A stretch of 64,000 bases of DNA from Tubiluchus corallicola (taxonomy: Eukaryota; Animalia; Priapulida), in NCBI GenBank assembly GCA_030141605.1, contig JAQGDQ010000002.1, positions 2,976,001 through 3,040,000 on the forward strand, read 5' to 3'. A program made the position numbers and the translations under genes. Below, piece by piece: positions 41,120-52,300 of the stretch (its first letter is position 1; the number at the start of each line of letters is the position of its first letter). The notes under the pieces were generated by a model. It saw only the letters and a program-made list of their open reading frames with translations, searched no databases and was not told where the DNA came from.

Positions 41120-41639
41120 TTTCAATGAAACTCAGAAAAGATAATGCCCAATCACAACGGAAATGATGATTTTTAAAGTTAGGCACACTCTGCTAAGCGG
41201 AGTTAACGTGGCAGCAACCGTTCAGAATTGTACAACGCCACACCTGCTTCAGATATTTGCATACATAACCTCTGTCCGATTTGGCTGCGAATATGATTTG
41301 TGTATGACGTGTAAGATTTTGCTTTTGCTACACCTATAAACACTTTGTTAACTTAGTGAGATAAGAAGAGCCAACCAGGGTTGTCATTTCAAGTACAGAC
41401 TCAAGTGCGAAAATAAGAAAATGACCTTTGTAATTATTAGTGTAGCTCAGGATGTTAGGATAAGCGGCGAGAAAACAAATGCTGTGGCCGGTCGGTTCAT
41501 GCACTTGCAGAATCTCAAGCACAAGTTAAATGTTGGCAACTGAAATTTTAATGCTACTAAAATAGTTAACTAGTTGAAGTTGTAAAAGTTACTCATACAT
41601 AGAAAAAGAATAAAAATTAAATAAAATAAAAAATGCAAG

Positions 41640-41736
41640 TCCACCTGTCTAACGGTGTTCTGTCCAGTTCCTAGCGTCGTCCAAGCGTACCAGACTTATT
41701 AAAAAATGCGATGAAGGTGCATAATGTATTGTGAGT
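41640..41736. promoter_or_regulatory. Candidate bidirectional promoter with non-coding first exons of PC and TXN2
   Basis: + strand donor att|gtgagt at 41731 and a weak - strand donor cag|gtggac near 41644. Acceptors lie just before each ATG (41131-41132 for PC, 45749-45750 for TXN2). Inference only. Confidence 0.35.
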
Positions 41737-43831
41737 CTTTTTATTTTTGAGATACTGAACTGCGGCGTGCGGGATTCCTAAAGCTTTGTCATCTTGTTGT
41801 TGCTTGTTCAGTCTTGTTTGTGTTGTTGCTGTTGCCACACTAAGTGTTATCTTTAAAAGCTATCACAGGCCATCGGTAGTGTGCACGGGGGGGGGGGTCA
41901 GAGGGGCCTGAGGCCAGAGTTTTTACCGTAGGAGTCTGAAATTTTACAAGACGATACTGTAGATAGATCTTTCACTTTTCCAATGCGGCTCTCAAGTATA
42001 TGCCCATTAAATAATCTCGCTCACTAAATAGATTTGACCTACAGCGTACTGCACACTGTTGTCGTTTGTCTCAGTTTAATGTATATTCCACTATTTTTGT
42101 GAAAAAAAAGAATCTTGACAACACAGTAAACGTTTTCCATGATTTTTTGTAGAAACCATAACCAAGACAGGAGCAAGCAGGACGTACACGAGCTAAGCAC
42201 ATTGAGTTATTTCCATTCTAGTTGAAGCCAAAGGAATAATTTTCATTTTCGGCGTAATGCTAGTCCTGACTGTGAAATTTTGCCACTTTCAAGTGCAAAT
42301 TACTCCGTCTGTCATTTGTAATCAGATAATGATTTTAAGTTGTTAATGTTGATTATGTAATTTGCAGTTTTAGCACATCACTCTAACTTAGAGTTTATAT
42401 AAAAGAGTGCAGAAGAAAAATACAGTGAAATTCGTTGTTCTTGGTAACATGCAAATTTGCTGGGCAATTCTACCCATTTTACTGTTTCGACCACGTTTCT
42501 TGCTGGGGTAAGCATGAGCCTTGCTTGAGTGACTCAAGGCAGCCTGGGTTCGCTACTTGTTCTGGGAAGTTTCATTTGCCATGCTGGTTACTTACTTCGT
42601 AAAAAGAGTATGTATATACATCTGAGCGTGGCTAAGATACCCTACTTCTGTCTGTTCAGTAGCTCATTTTAGATTCTTGAAGCATTATCATAGATGATGA
42701 GCTGGGCTCTGGTCATGCTACAGACTTTGCAGTTTGAGCTCTGCTAATTTATCCACCATTGAATGCCAGATTGTGACTCAAAATTTGTACAGTTCGACAC
42801 ACTGCAGGTCCTTAATTAGCCAGTAAGCCATATGTATAATTATTTGTTTTAATAATTATTTTAACATCGCAGTGAAAAGGTTACTGTACACTTATGGTAA
42901 AGTATGGAGGCTCAGTACAGGGAGGAACCACAGGGAAATGAGGAATTATTGTTATTATATAACAGATAAGAAACAAATGTTTTTGATCATTGACAGAATC
43001 ACATTCACAAGATAATTAAAGGATTTGTGGCTGGCACGCTGCCAGGAAGTGTGTGTGCGTGAAGCCTGTTACTCTAGACACATTTTCGACCAGGATCTTA
43101 AGAGCCTTTATTAATCCTGCTGAATTAAATACCGCATTAAACAAACACACGTACATAATCCGTATTATATAATCTTAATTTCAATATCACTTGTTGAAAC
43201 TACCTAATTAAGGGAATAAACCTACAATTATTGTATTATTGAAGCCATACTGCTAGAAGGAAATTTGAAATGCTCAGAACCGAGCACAATTTGAACATAC
43301 GGGTGGGTGAACAATGTTGCATTTATCATCGGTCTGGCGAGTGGAGCTAGAATTTCAATGTTTTTTTCTTATCTTCATTTACTGATCATTATATTTATGT
43401 TCGGGGTCGGGACCCGAGCTGTCCCGATCCAAACCTCGATCCCGAAACACTGATCCAGACCCAAATCTCAATCCCGCCAGAACCTCAAATACTCTTAGCT
43501 CTAATTATGCCCTTCGATGCTGCAGACTGTGCAAAACGCGCAAGGTTCCTACAACGAAATGAATAGTGAGACTGTTGGAAGCGGAGTAGGACACTAGCCG
43601 AAGTAGAACAATTGGCGTGCTCTGACGACGAAATCGCAGAAGAGATAACATCGCCAATTAATTTTGTTCAACGAAGATAGTGCACATTGTGCACATCTAT
43701 GCTCTAGAGAGACTGAGAGAAACATCAAGTCAATTTTGAGTTTAATAATTTATCTGTAACTTTAGATAATCAGTCGAGTAATATTTATTTTAAAAAGTAA
43801 GTTAACTGCTGCAGAAGAGCTACGATAGTAA

Positions 43832-44005
43832 TTTTACGTTCGTAAAGTCAAAAGCTCATAAGCTTCTTTTTCTCGCCAGGCCAATAATCCTAACCTAAAC
43901 TTCCTAGTATAATTTTAACTAATTATAAGTTAAAATAATGAAACGCCCGAGGCCCTGATACAAAAACTGTTATCCGTATAAACATTTGATTTTACGAACG
44001 TAAAA
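43832..44005. mobile_element. Small MITE with 21-29 bp terminal inverted repeats
   Basis: ttttacgttcgtaaagtcaaa ... tttgattttacgaacgtaaaa (1 mismatch in 21 bp); internal cctaacctaa. Confidence 0.7.
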
Positions 44006-45786
44006 ATAGGAAATTGCCAACTACTTGCAATTATCACTTTCAGGCTTCAATCTTCCCATGCACTGCAAGCGAATGGAACCACCTACCAAGTACCAGAGCC
44101 AACAGTCCAAAGCTTGGCACTCTCGCTCTCTTCATGAGTGCCGTACACTCCATCTAAATTGGATTAAGATATTCCAACACATGCTGAATGCGGTGTATGG
44201 TGTGGTGCCTCACCTTGAGGATATTTCTATCTCTATTTTTACTGCACCACTCAGTGGTGACTCGTGTATAGTACGGTGGTACTGCAGCACCCCCTGTTTT
44301 CCTCATTATCATCGATAATATTCAATATAATAATCTTTTTTTAGTTCTTTCTTTATACCTGTGCGAAACCAGAGCACGTGAGGGAAGTACAATTTGCTTC
44401 ACAGCCCAAGCAACTTGGTGTTTGGCTGTTAGGTAGAAAGAGTACTGTCGCTCACTGCAGTGCGTGTTGTCAGTTTATGTTTAAATTAGTTTGTTTGTTT
44501 AAAATTACAATTACAACATTATAATTACATATGTTTGTTTGATTTTACACAGTATTAAAACAATGGCTAAAAAAATTTCAATTTTGCAGCAGCCCCACTC
44601 ATTTTTGTTGTGAGCAGCCACTGGCACCACTGCAGTTTTATTTGCAGTAGATGAAGCTGTTTTGAACGGGATAAGTCATCAAGTAGTTCTTTAGTGATTC
44701 AAATTAGTTAGAAAAGTCGCTGCTAAAGTAAAAGTTTCTTCGAGCAAAGCATAAAAAATCCTGGTTAAAACCAAACATGAATCTTTAGATGCAAAAAAGC
44801 TATCAGATATTCAGCGCCATTAAAACAATGTTGCATCGTTAAGTGAGGACTTACTGTACAACTCATCTAAAGTGCTAGCCAGCTTTGGAAAACATAAGGA
44901 AGAAGTTAAACACATTTACTTGGCCCTAGCTATTGGGCAATATCAGTAAATATCATACATTGAATATTACATTCTTTATCATTTTATGCAAGCATTCAAT
45001 AATTACTGTGTTACACGATACGGACATTTTAAAGACGTGTTGAAATGTCACACAGGCCCTTAGGCATCTGTGACGCATCTGTCGTCTCCCACAGGGTTTA
45101 CCCTGAGTTGCTAAACATAGCTTGTCACTTGTTTGCTGTTACTTTAAATTTGCCAGCTTAAAGATTATTTTGAATTAGAGAATAAAGAAACTTTTGTGTC
45201 TGGACAACCTTTGCCGGTTAGCTCAGTTTCTCCTGGGTGTAAATCATCACCGTTGTAGGAGTGATTATACACACAGCAACTAAAGTAGTAAGAGGACATT
45301 TCTTGCACTTCTCCTTGCTATTCTAATCCCTTTTTGAAAAAAAATTATTTTTTTATCGGTACAAGTACCATTCTCACATTGTATCACTGTAATTTATCGT
45401 GTACAGTCATGAAACCATAAAGTTTAATTTACGTGGAGGACGCTTTTACTCTGCATGAATTTTTGAGCTGTTGTCTAAAACTCATTAACATGGAACAGTA
45501 CAGGAAAGAATGATTTTATATTTAACTCGAGTATTTCATGGTATCGCAGTGAAATAACGTGAAATGCACGAGTCGAAAAAAGATTCTTCCGCACATCTCA
45601 CATGTATAAGTTTGCCTTGATAAATTTATTTGAAAGTAGAAGGCAGTTCAAGTTCAAATTTGAATATACTCTAGTATATAGTTAATGTATATTATTATAT
45701 TGCACCAGTACGAATTTATATACATTAAATTTTGCCTTTGTATTATTTAGGTGAAAACCGAGTGATCGACACTATTCAAGAGGTCT

Positions 45787-46269
45787 ATGATGGCTTTTTT
45801 GCAAACCTCCAGATTGTTCTACCATTCTGTGAGAGCATTATGTCGAGAATCAAATAGGGCACTCTGTGTGAGTAAAAAAACATTAGTTTCAAAAAATGTC
45901 TTGACAACAGCAGTGAGGGAGATTTCAACAACTCCTGTTTTTCATGACATTGTCACAATACAAGATGAGGACGACTTTAAAAAACGAGTTCTGAAGAACT
46001 CTAAACCAGTACTAGTTGACTTCTATGCAGATTGGTGTGGCCCTTGCAAAATTCTCGGACCTCGTATAGAAAAAATTGCCAGCGAAAATGAAGATAAAAT
46101 GACATTGGCTAAAGTGAATGTGGATGATCATATGGAAATTGCAATGGAATATGGTGTATCATCTGTGCCTACAGTTTATGCTATTAAGGATGGTGCTGTT
46201 AAGGACAAATTTATTGGCGTTCTAGATGAAGATAATTTGTCAAGTTTTGTGGCAAAGTTGGTGCATTAG
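45787..46269 (+). CDS. TXN2: Mitochondrial thioredoxin (thioredoxin-2), 160 aa
   Basis: N-terminal transit peptide followed by QDEDDFKKRVL...PVLVDFYADWCGPCKILGPRIE...AKVNVDDH.EIAMEYGVSSVPTV...DKFIG. Single coding exon preceded by acceptor tattatttag. Confidence 0.95.
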   Translation: MMAFLQTSRLFYHSVRALCRESNRALCVSKKTLVSKNVLTTAVREISTTPVFHDIVTIQDEDDFKKRVLKNSKPVLVDFYADWCGPCKILGPRIEKIASENEDKMTLAKVNVDDHMEIAMEYGVSSVPTVYAIKDGAVKDKFIGVLDEDNLSSFVAKLVH

Positions 46270-47160
46270 TTTCTAAGATGCATAGTTCACTAACATTATA
46301 AAGAAATTTTTTGTAGTTTAAAAATAATGAAATCATGTAAAAAATTATTTGTTGTGTACAGGTAAAGTTACATTAGTTATTATTTCTCATGCAACATTCA
46401 AGATGCAGTAAATCCTATATAACGTTTCATTTCAAAAACAATTTTTTGGTCTTACGTAAAAAGCACTTAAGTTTTTGATGGGTTTATGCTTAAGATATTT
46501 TCTACCAACAAAATCTAGCATATTAGTGGTTTCTTTTCCTAGTAGGTCAAATGAAATGCTATGTTAACTGATGCATCTATTAAAGTATACATATATTCAT
46601 TTCCTACAGAAGTGTGTCTTCACTTAACAGGGATTTACTTAGCATCACTTTCTGGACATCATCCATGCAGGAAATGTTTACAAATATAGAAGTTAACATT
46701 GTAATTCATTTTAGAGAATTTGATATATGGAAGAATATTAATTTTAATAAAATTACTGGCTCTTGTGCAATTTCGATTTGTTTGGTGCCGTGAAGTAGCA
46801 GAAAATTATTAGAACTGTCGTATTTTATAGCTGTACTTTATCACCACAAAAATGCATTTTACATTGCAGTAGTTGGAACTTAGAATACAAACTCACTTAT
46901 GCAAGAGATTGAAATCTCAAGTGGCGATAGCTGCTAGTTTGCTAGCTAGACTTGAAAGAAAGCAAAACATTTCGTACTTCTCATACATACGTCTCCGCAA
47001 AAATTAAGCGAACAGTTTTACTTTATATAACAACACACTAGTTTCTACTTTGTGCACAATTTTTTTTGGCATACTGGAGAGGACTAAACCTAAAAAAAGC
47101 ACTTACAGAATTATCGTGTTAGTAGTAGTAAAAAATGATAGCTCTTAAGAAGTCTGTACC

Positions 47161-47405
47161 TGACAATGGGCGATGTCACTGTCTTAGTACTGAAGATAAA
47201 ATCAAAGTGAGGTGTGTATAGTGACGTCTTCACACACGACTATGGGTGATGTCACTCTTAATATAGATGGAAATCACTCAGGTGTGATATAGTGACATCC
47301 TCACACATGACTATGGGTGACATCACTCTCTTAGCACTGAAGGCTGAAGATGAAAATCAAACTTAAGGTGTGATATAGTGACATCTTCACACATCTATGG
47401 GTGAT
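47161..47405. repeat. Minisatellite, about 3.2 copies of a 70-85 bp unit with internal inverted repeats
   Basis: Unit ATGGGTGATGTCACT...AGGTGTGATATAGTGACATC.TCACAC starts at about 47166, 47242, 47313 and 47397 (partial). Confidence 0.85.
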
Positions 47406-47438
47406 TGTGAATCCTATTTTGAATAAATAATCAATATA

Positions 47439-48654
47439 CAGTAGTTGCCGCTTAATAGACTCACTTTGGGACCGACTTGTTATGACCCTATTAACCGATG
47501 GGTGTAGTATTACTGCTATAGAAGTATGAGTCATCAGCTTACTATGCATTGCAAGGGCTTTTAATCAATTTTAGAAACGAAGTAATGCCTAAATTCCTTT
47601 GTGCAGTTAAAAATAAGAAAAAATTTTTAAAATATTAATTTATATAAGTGAATTAACAATAAATTAAAAAGCAGCTGGAACATTAGCATCCTTTTCCTCA
47701 CCATGGGTATGTTTGTACAAGATGTTTTCACATTTTCTCTATCACTGAAACCACCCATCTGTTGCAGCAAAATCTTCCTTTCCCATTTTCTTTGTCAAAT
47801 CTTCTGCTTTCTGTCGCATTAAAGGAGCATTCACCCGAGCATCTTTTTCTCTTGCGTTTGTAAACCACACTTTCAACGCTGACTCCACTTTACAGTCTTT
47901 TCCTGTGTGTCGCCTCTTAGATGCTAGATTTTGGTTTGCTGACTGCTCAATTTCAGACCGTTTTTCAATATTCTGCCGAGAGTACTTTGGGAAATTTTCA
48001 ACTGCGCTGCTGCACACCTCTGCCCCATCTTTGGAAGTTTACTGTACTACTCAAAAATTTTCAGTTTCTCCTTAACTGTTAGGTTTTTACACTTATGCTC
48101 CATTTTCAAACTTCTCAACTCTGTGCCCTTATTTGCTGTAACTATGATGTTTACTCTTCTAAGTAACAAGGAATACTGGCTGATTACTGTACCTGCATCT
48201 TTGACTATTAATTCATTAAGCCTGAAAGCGTGATTTGCGACTAGAGCATCAAAAGGAAACTGCTAGGCAAGTGATTAAATGTTTAGCTTCCAGAAATTGG
48301 GTAACGAGGTTAATTGCAGTTGGCGAGTGGGTAACAGATTCAAAGCAAAACTGCTAAGCTAGCGTATTAGCGCATGATAAACATACCTGTTTACAAACAA
48401 AACAGTACTTAACATGATTGTTCCTACATATATAATGTACAAAAGGGAAGTAAAAATGACATAAAAGTAGGAAAGGCTCTTTGGGCACATACAAATGTCT
48501 TATTTTAAGTACGTGATGGAAAAATACTGAGTCAATTAAGCGAAGTTATTTGAGTCAATTACCGATAGTTTTTATGTATATTTGAATAGAAGTGGCCCGT
48601 TCCAGGCGTTTTTGAGTCAATTAAGCGACTGAGTCTATTAAGCAGCGACTACTG
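47439..48654 (-). mobile_element. Internally deleted Tigger/pogo (Tc1/mariner superfamily) DNA transposon
   Basis: 25-bp TIRs (cagtagttgccgcttaatagactca and its inverse, 2 mismatches) flanked by TA. Remnant transposase on the - strand from ATG 48103 has a CENP-B-type HTH (VESALKVWF...MRQKA...FAATDGWF). Subterminal gagtcaatta repeats; no DDE domain. Confidence 0.92.
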
Positions 48655-49396
48655 TAATAGCAAGAATCTGCTCTTGTTATCAGCTCTGTATGTTTCACAG
48701 CTGCCAGTCTGATCACATCAATTGTTATTAGACAACTGCATAATAAATGAGAAAATATATAATATAAAAACACTGATGAAGTTCCCACTCCCTTATTTGT
48801 TAGCACTCTAAGACAAATTGTAGATTTCCGTGAAATTTTTTCAATTACACACTTGGTCTTAGGAGAAAATGGTGTTAAGGATATTAAGGTATTATTTATT
48901 AGGAAATACGCCACTGACTAACAATTGATAATATAGCAACAGGTAAAGCAGAACTATCATTTTGCAGCATACGTGTAATATGTCAGACAAATTCTGCGCA
49001 TACAGGAGATCACTTCAGCAGGTTAACCTTACTACATAACATAGTGCTTTAAAAGTCATTGTTAGTATATTTCTCAATGTTTGGTATATTTCTCAAGGCA
49101 AAATATTCAGACAAACAAAGTTAATTTATATCAGTGTACATGAAAGTCTCACGAGATTATGTACTTGATGCAATAATTTTCTTAGTCAAGAAACTTATGC
49201 CTTCCACTACTACTAATAAGGCTTCAACATAAATTGTGTATTTCCCAACGAGGTTGCAAAACAATAAAGATTATTTTACTGTTAATAAAAATGAGCAAAA
49301 CGGTGGGATTAAAATTACCTAGTACAATATTCCTTCACAGTAAAATCAGAAAAAAGATAATTTTATGAAGCTATTATATCAAGAGAATCTGTTGCG

Positions 49397-52300
49397 TTAC
49401 TTTACTCGGTAAAGCATTTTTCTTTGCATACGATGTTGCAGATCGCCCCGACGAAGCATAAAATGAAGTACTCTGTAAACTGCTTGTTCTGGATATTTCT
49501 AGAATGAAAAAAGTGCAATTATTCAAAAAAAACATGAATCATAATGGAAGAACAAAGCATTGTAATAGTTCACAAAACTGAATGTAAGACTTGTGCATTG
49601 GAAAAATAAAAGAAAGTGTTAAGCTGTACTTGTTAAATACTGCCATCCCCAAGTTCTTTCGTTAAAAGGAAAATAGGACAACTTTTAGCGCAAAAGTAGA
49701 TTTTATAACCTATTTCGAGGAACTGTAATATCCGTGGTTATTTTTACTTTTAACCATTAGCCAAGGACTACTATACTACAGGACGTGCACGCTGCAATCT
49801 CTGATTCGGCTAGCGGAGGCGATCAATACTTGCATGAACGTAATCTATAAATAGTGCGCTTTAGAGAGTAGTGATCTTGGAAATTAAAGAATGGGCGAAT
49901 CGGTAGATTGCGAGTATTATTTTTCATTTAATTGGTTCTTTACATTACGGGAGAAAAGTACCAATTGTTTATTTTATGTATCAAAGGAAATTAGTGTTCA
50001 TTTTTACTTCTTAAATAGCGCACTACTTTAGGCGTAAGTGTGTTTTACCGGAAGTAGTGCTTTGTCATTGTTAATGTGTCTGCTTGTGTTTGTTTCTTTG
50101 TGGATTATTTTCAAAATTTCTGGTGGATTTTATACATCTGTGCTCAGCAGCATGCCTAACAAGTGTGGTGTTGTTAAATGCAAAGGTAACTATGACACGC
50201 CACGGAGAACAAGTGTCGTGTGTTCACACTGCCAAGAGATCATGTAGAAAAACAGAAATGGCTAAGTGTTCTTCCCCCACGCGAAGGCTTTGTTGTTGAT
50301 CCAACGAAATTTTTCATTTGCGAAAAGCATTGGCCATCGGATACTCAAATGGTCAAAATTCCAGGTGGTCACACCAGGCCAGTGGATCCACCCAGTATTT
50401 TCAACGTTCCAACATCATGCTTGCCCACTCCAAAGCCACCACCTCGCCCTCCAAAAACTGAGGACCAGCAGCTGAATTATTTCTTTAAAAAGGATAAAAT
50501 AACTTCTCTCAATGAATTCACTCCTGAGAAAGACCTGCATAAGACGTATCAGAACCTCATTATATCTCGCACACAAGACAAATTTGTGTGCATGTTCATG
50601 GAAGAGGACCACAGTCAATGTTTCACAAGTTCATATAACATTATATGTCAATTATTGTTCACAATAAGCCTACCTTGTGTTCCCCTCTTACTCTGTATGC
50701 TTTCAAAAACGTGATCAGTGTGCCATTAAGTAAAATCCTCAGTCCGAACAATGGGCTGTCCTCTTACTCACAATTTTTCGCGGTTGTGAATTCTGTTGTC
50801 AACCACATTCATCATGTTGATGATATTGTCAACAAAGTGACAAAGTCTCTTGAACTTGAACTAGCTCAAAATCGAGAACAATCTCCTAGTGTTAATGCTA
50901 AAGCCAAGAAGCTCAAATTTCTAACACGACAGCTTCGACTATTATGTGATAAGACTTTCACAGTGTCTGATTATTGCTTTGCAATAGAGTCATTTCCCCA
51001 TTGCAATTACGAACAACTGAGTGACTTTTTAGTGTTACCCAGCAAAAGAAAGCTGCAGTCAGTTATTTCATCGACAGATATTGACAAGGTGCTAGGTAAA
51101 ACATTTCAGAAAGTAAAAAGCTCTGAGCAGAAACACTGTATGCTATTGGTGGATGAAGTGAAAATACGCCCAACAGTGGCTTTTTCAGGGGGTGTGCTAA
51201 ATGGCATGGCAAAAATGAGCCAGACAGTAAAGCTACATCAATGCTATGTGTGATGGCTAAATGTCTACATGGTGGCCCCAGCGTGATGATATCAGTGACC
51301 CCCGTTCACAAGCTGACTGCTGCATATCAATTCTCTGTCGTGAAGGAGGCTGCTACAATGGTTGAGAATTCGGGAGGAACTGTTTTAGGGTCCATGACGG
51401 ACAACCACAAGATCAACCAACAATACTGCAAATTGTTTACCAGACGAACAGACTGGGAGGCTGAACATCCCCTGGAAAATACACGAGTGTGGTTCCTGTT
51501 GTATGATACCGTCCACATTCTGAAATGTATCAGGAACAACTGGATCACGGAGAAATGTCAGAGATTATCGTTTGACAAGAAAACTGTTGGCTCATTTGCT
51601 GAAGTTAAAAGTCTTTACAAAGCTGAGAAAGACAATGTGCTCAAGTCAACACCTTTGACATATTCTGCAGTCTTCCCATTGAAACTTCAGCTCCAGAATG
51701 TGCAACATGTGCTGAGGGTGTTCAACGATCGTGTTGTTGCATCGCTGAGACTTCGAGGAGCCCAGGACACTGCAGAATTCATTCAGCAAGTGCTACGCTG
51801 GTGGAATGTGGTAAATGTTTCTGCCAGAGGTCAAGACACGAGGATGAGAGACCCTGATCGATCTGCTCAACAAGATACATCTGATACTCTTCAGTCGTTG
51901 TTGACTCTGTTTAAGCAAACCGAATCAGGACACGGACCAAATAGAATTGAATGCCTGACACATGATACGCGAAAAGCTTTGATTCAGACCACGGAGGGAC
52001 TCCTCGCAATCTGTAGGCACTTGTTTTCTGTTGGATTTCACTACGTATTATTGCGTGAACTTCAGAGTGACAGAATAGAGGGTGAGTTCTCAGTTTACAG
52101 GCAGTCAAGGGGGGCCAATGCATTCATGCAAGCTGGAGATGTCTGTTCAGCATTCAAGCGGAGACTGGCGCGTTTCTCTGCATCATTCCTGGAGTTTGTG
52201 GACACAGACACATCATCCGAAAGCCAGTTGCACACATGCAATGGGATTGATTTCGAGGATGCCAAAATTATGGAGATTTGTGTTGATGAGACTCTTTCCA

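Noticed and set aside
42500-42580. tRNA gene candidate (B-box-like GGGTTCG)
   Set aside because: No cloverleaf can be formed; at most a decayed SINE head.
47161-47405. CRISPR-like appearance (conserved palindromic parts with variable intervening sequence)
   Set aside because: Eukaryotic context, no cas genes, and the variable parts are homologous to each other, so it is a tandem repeat.
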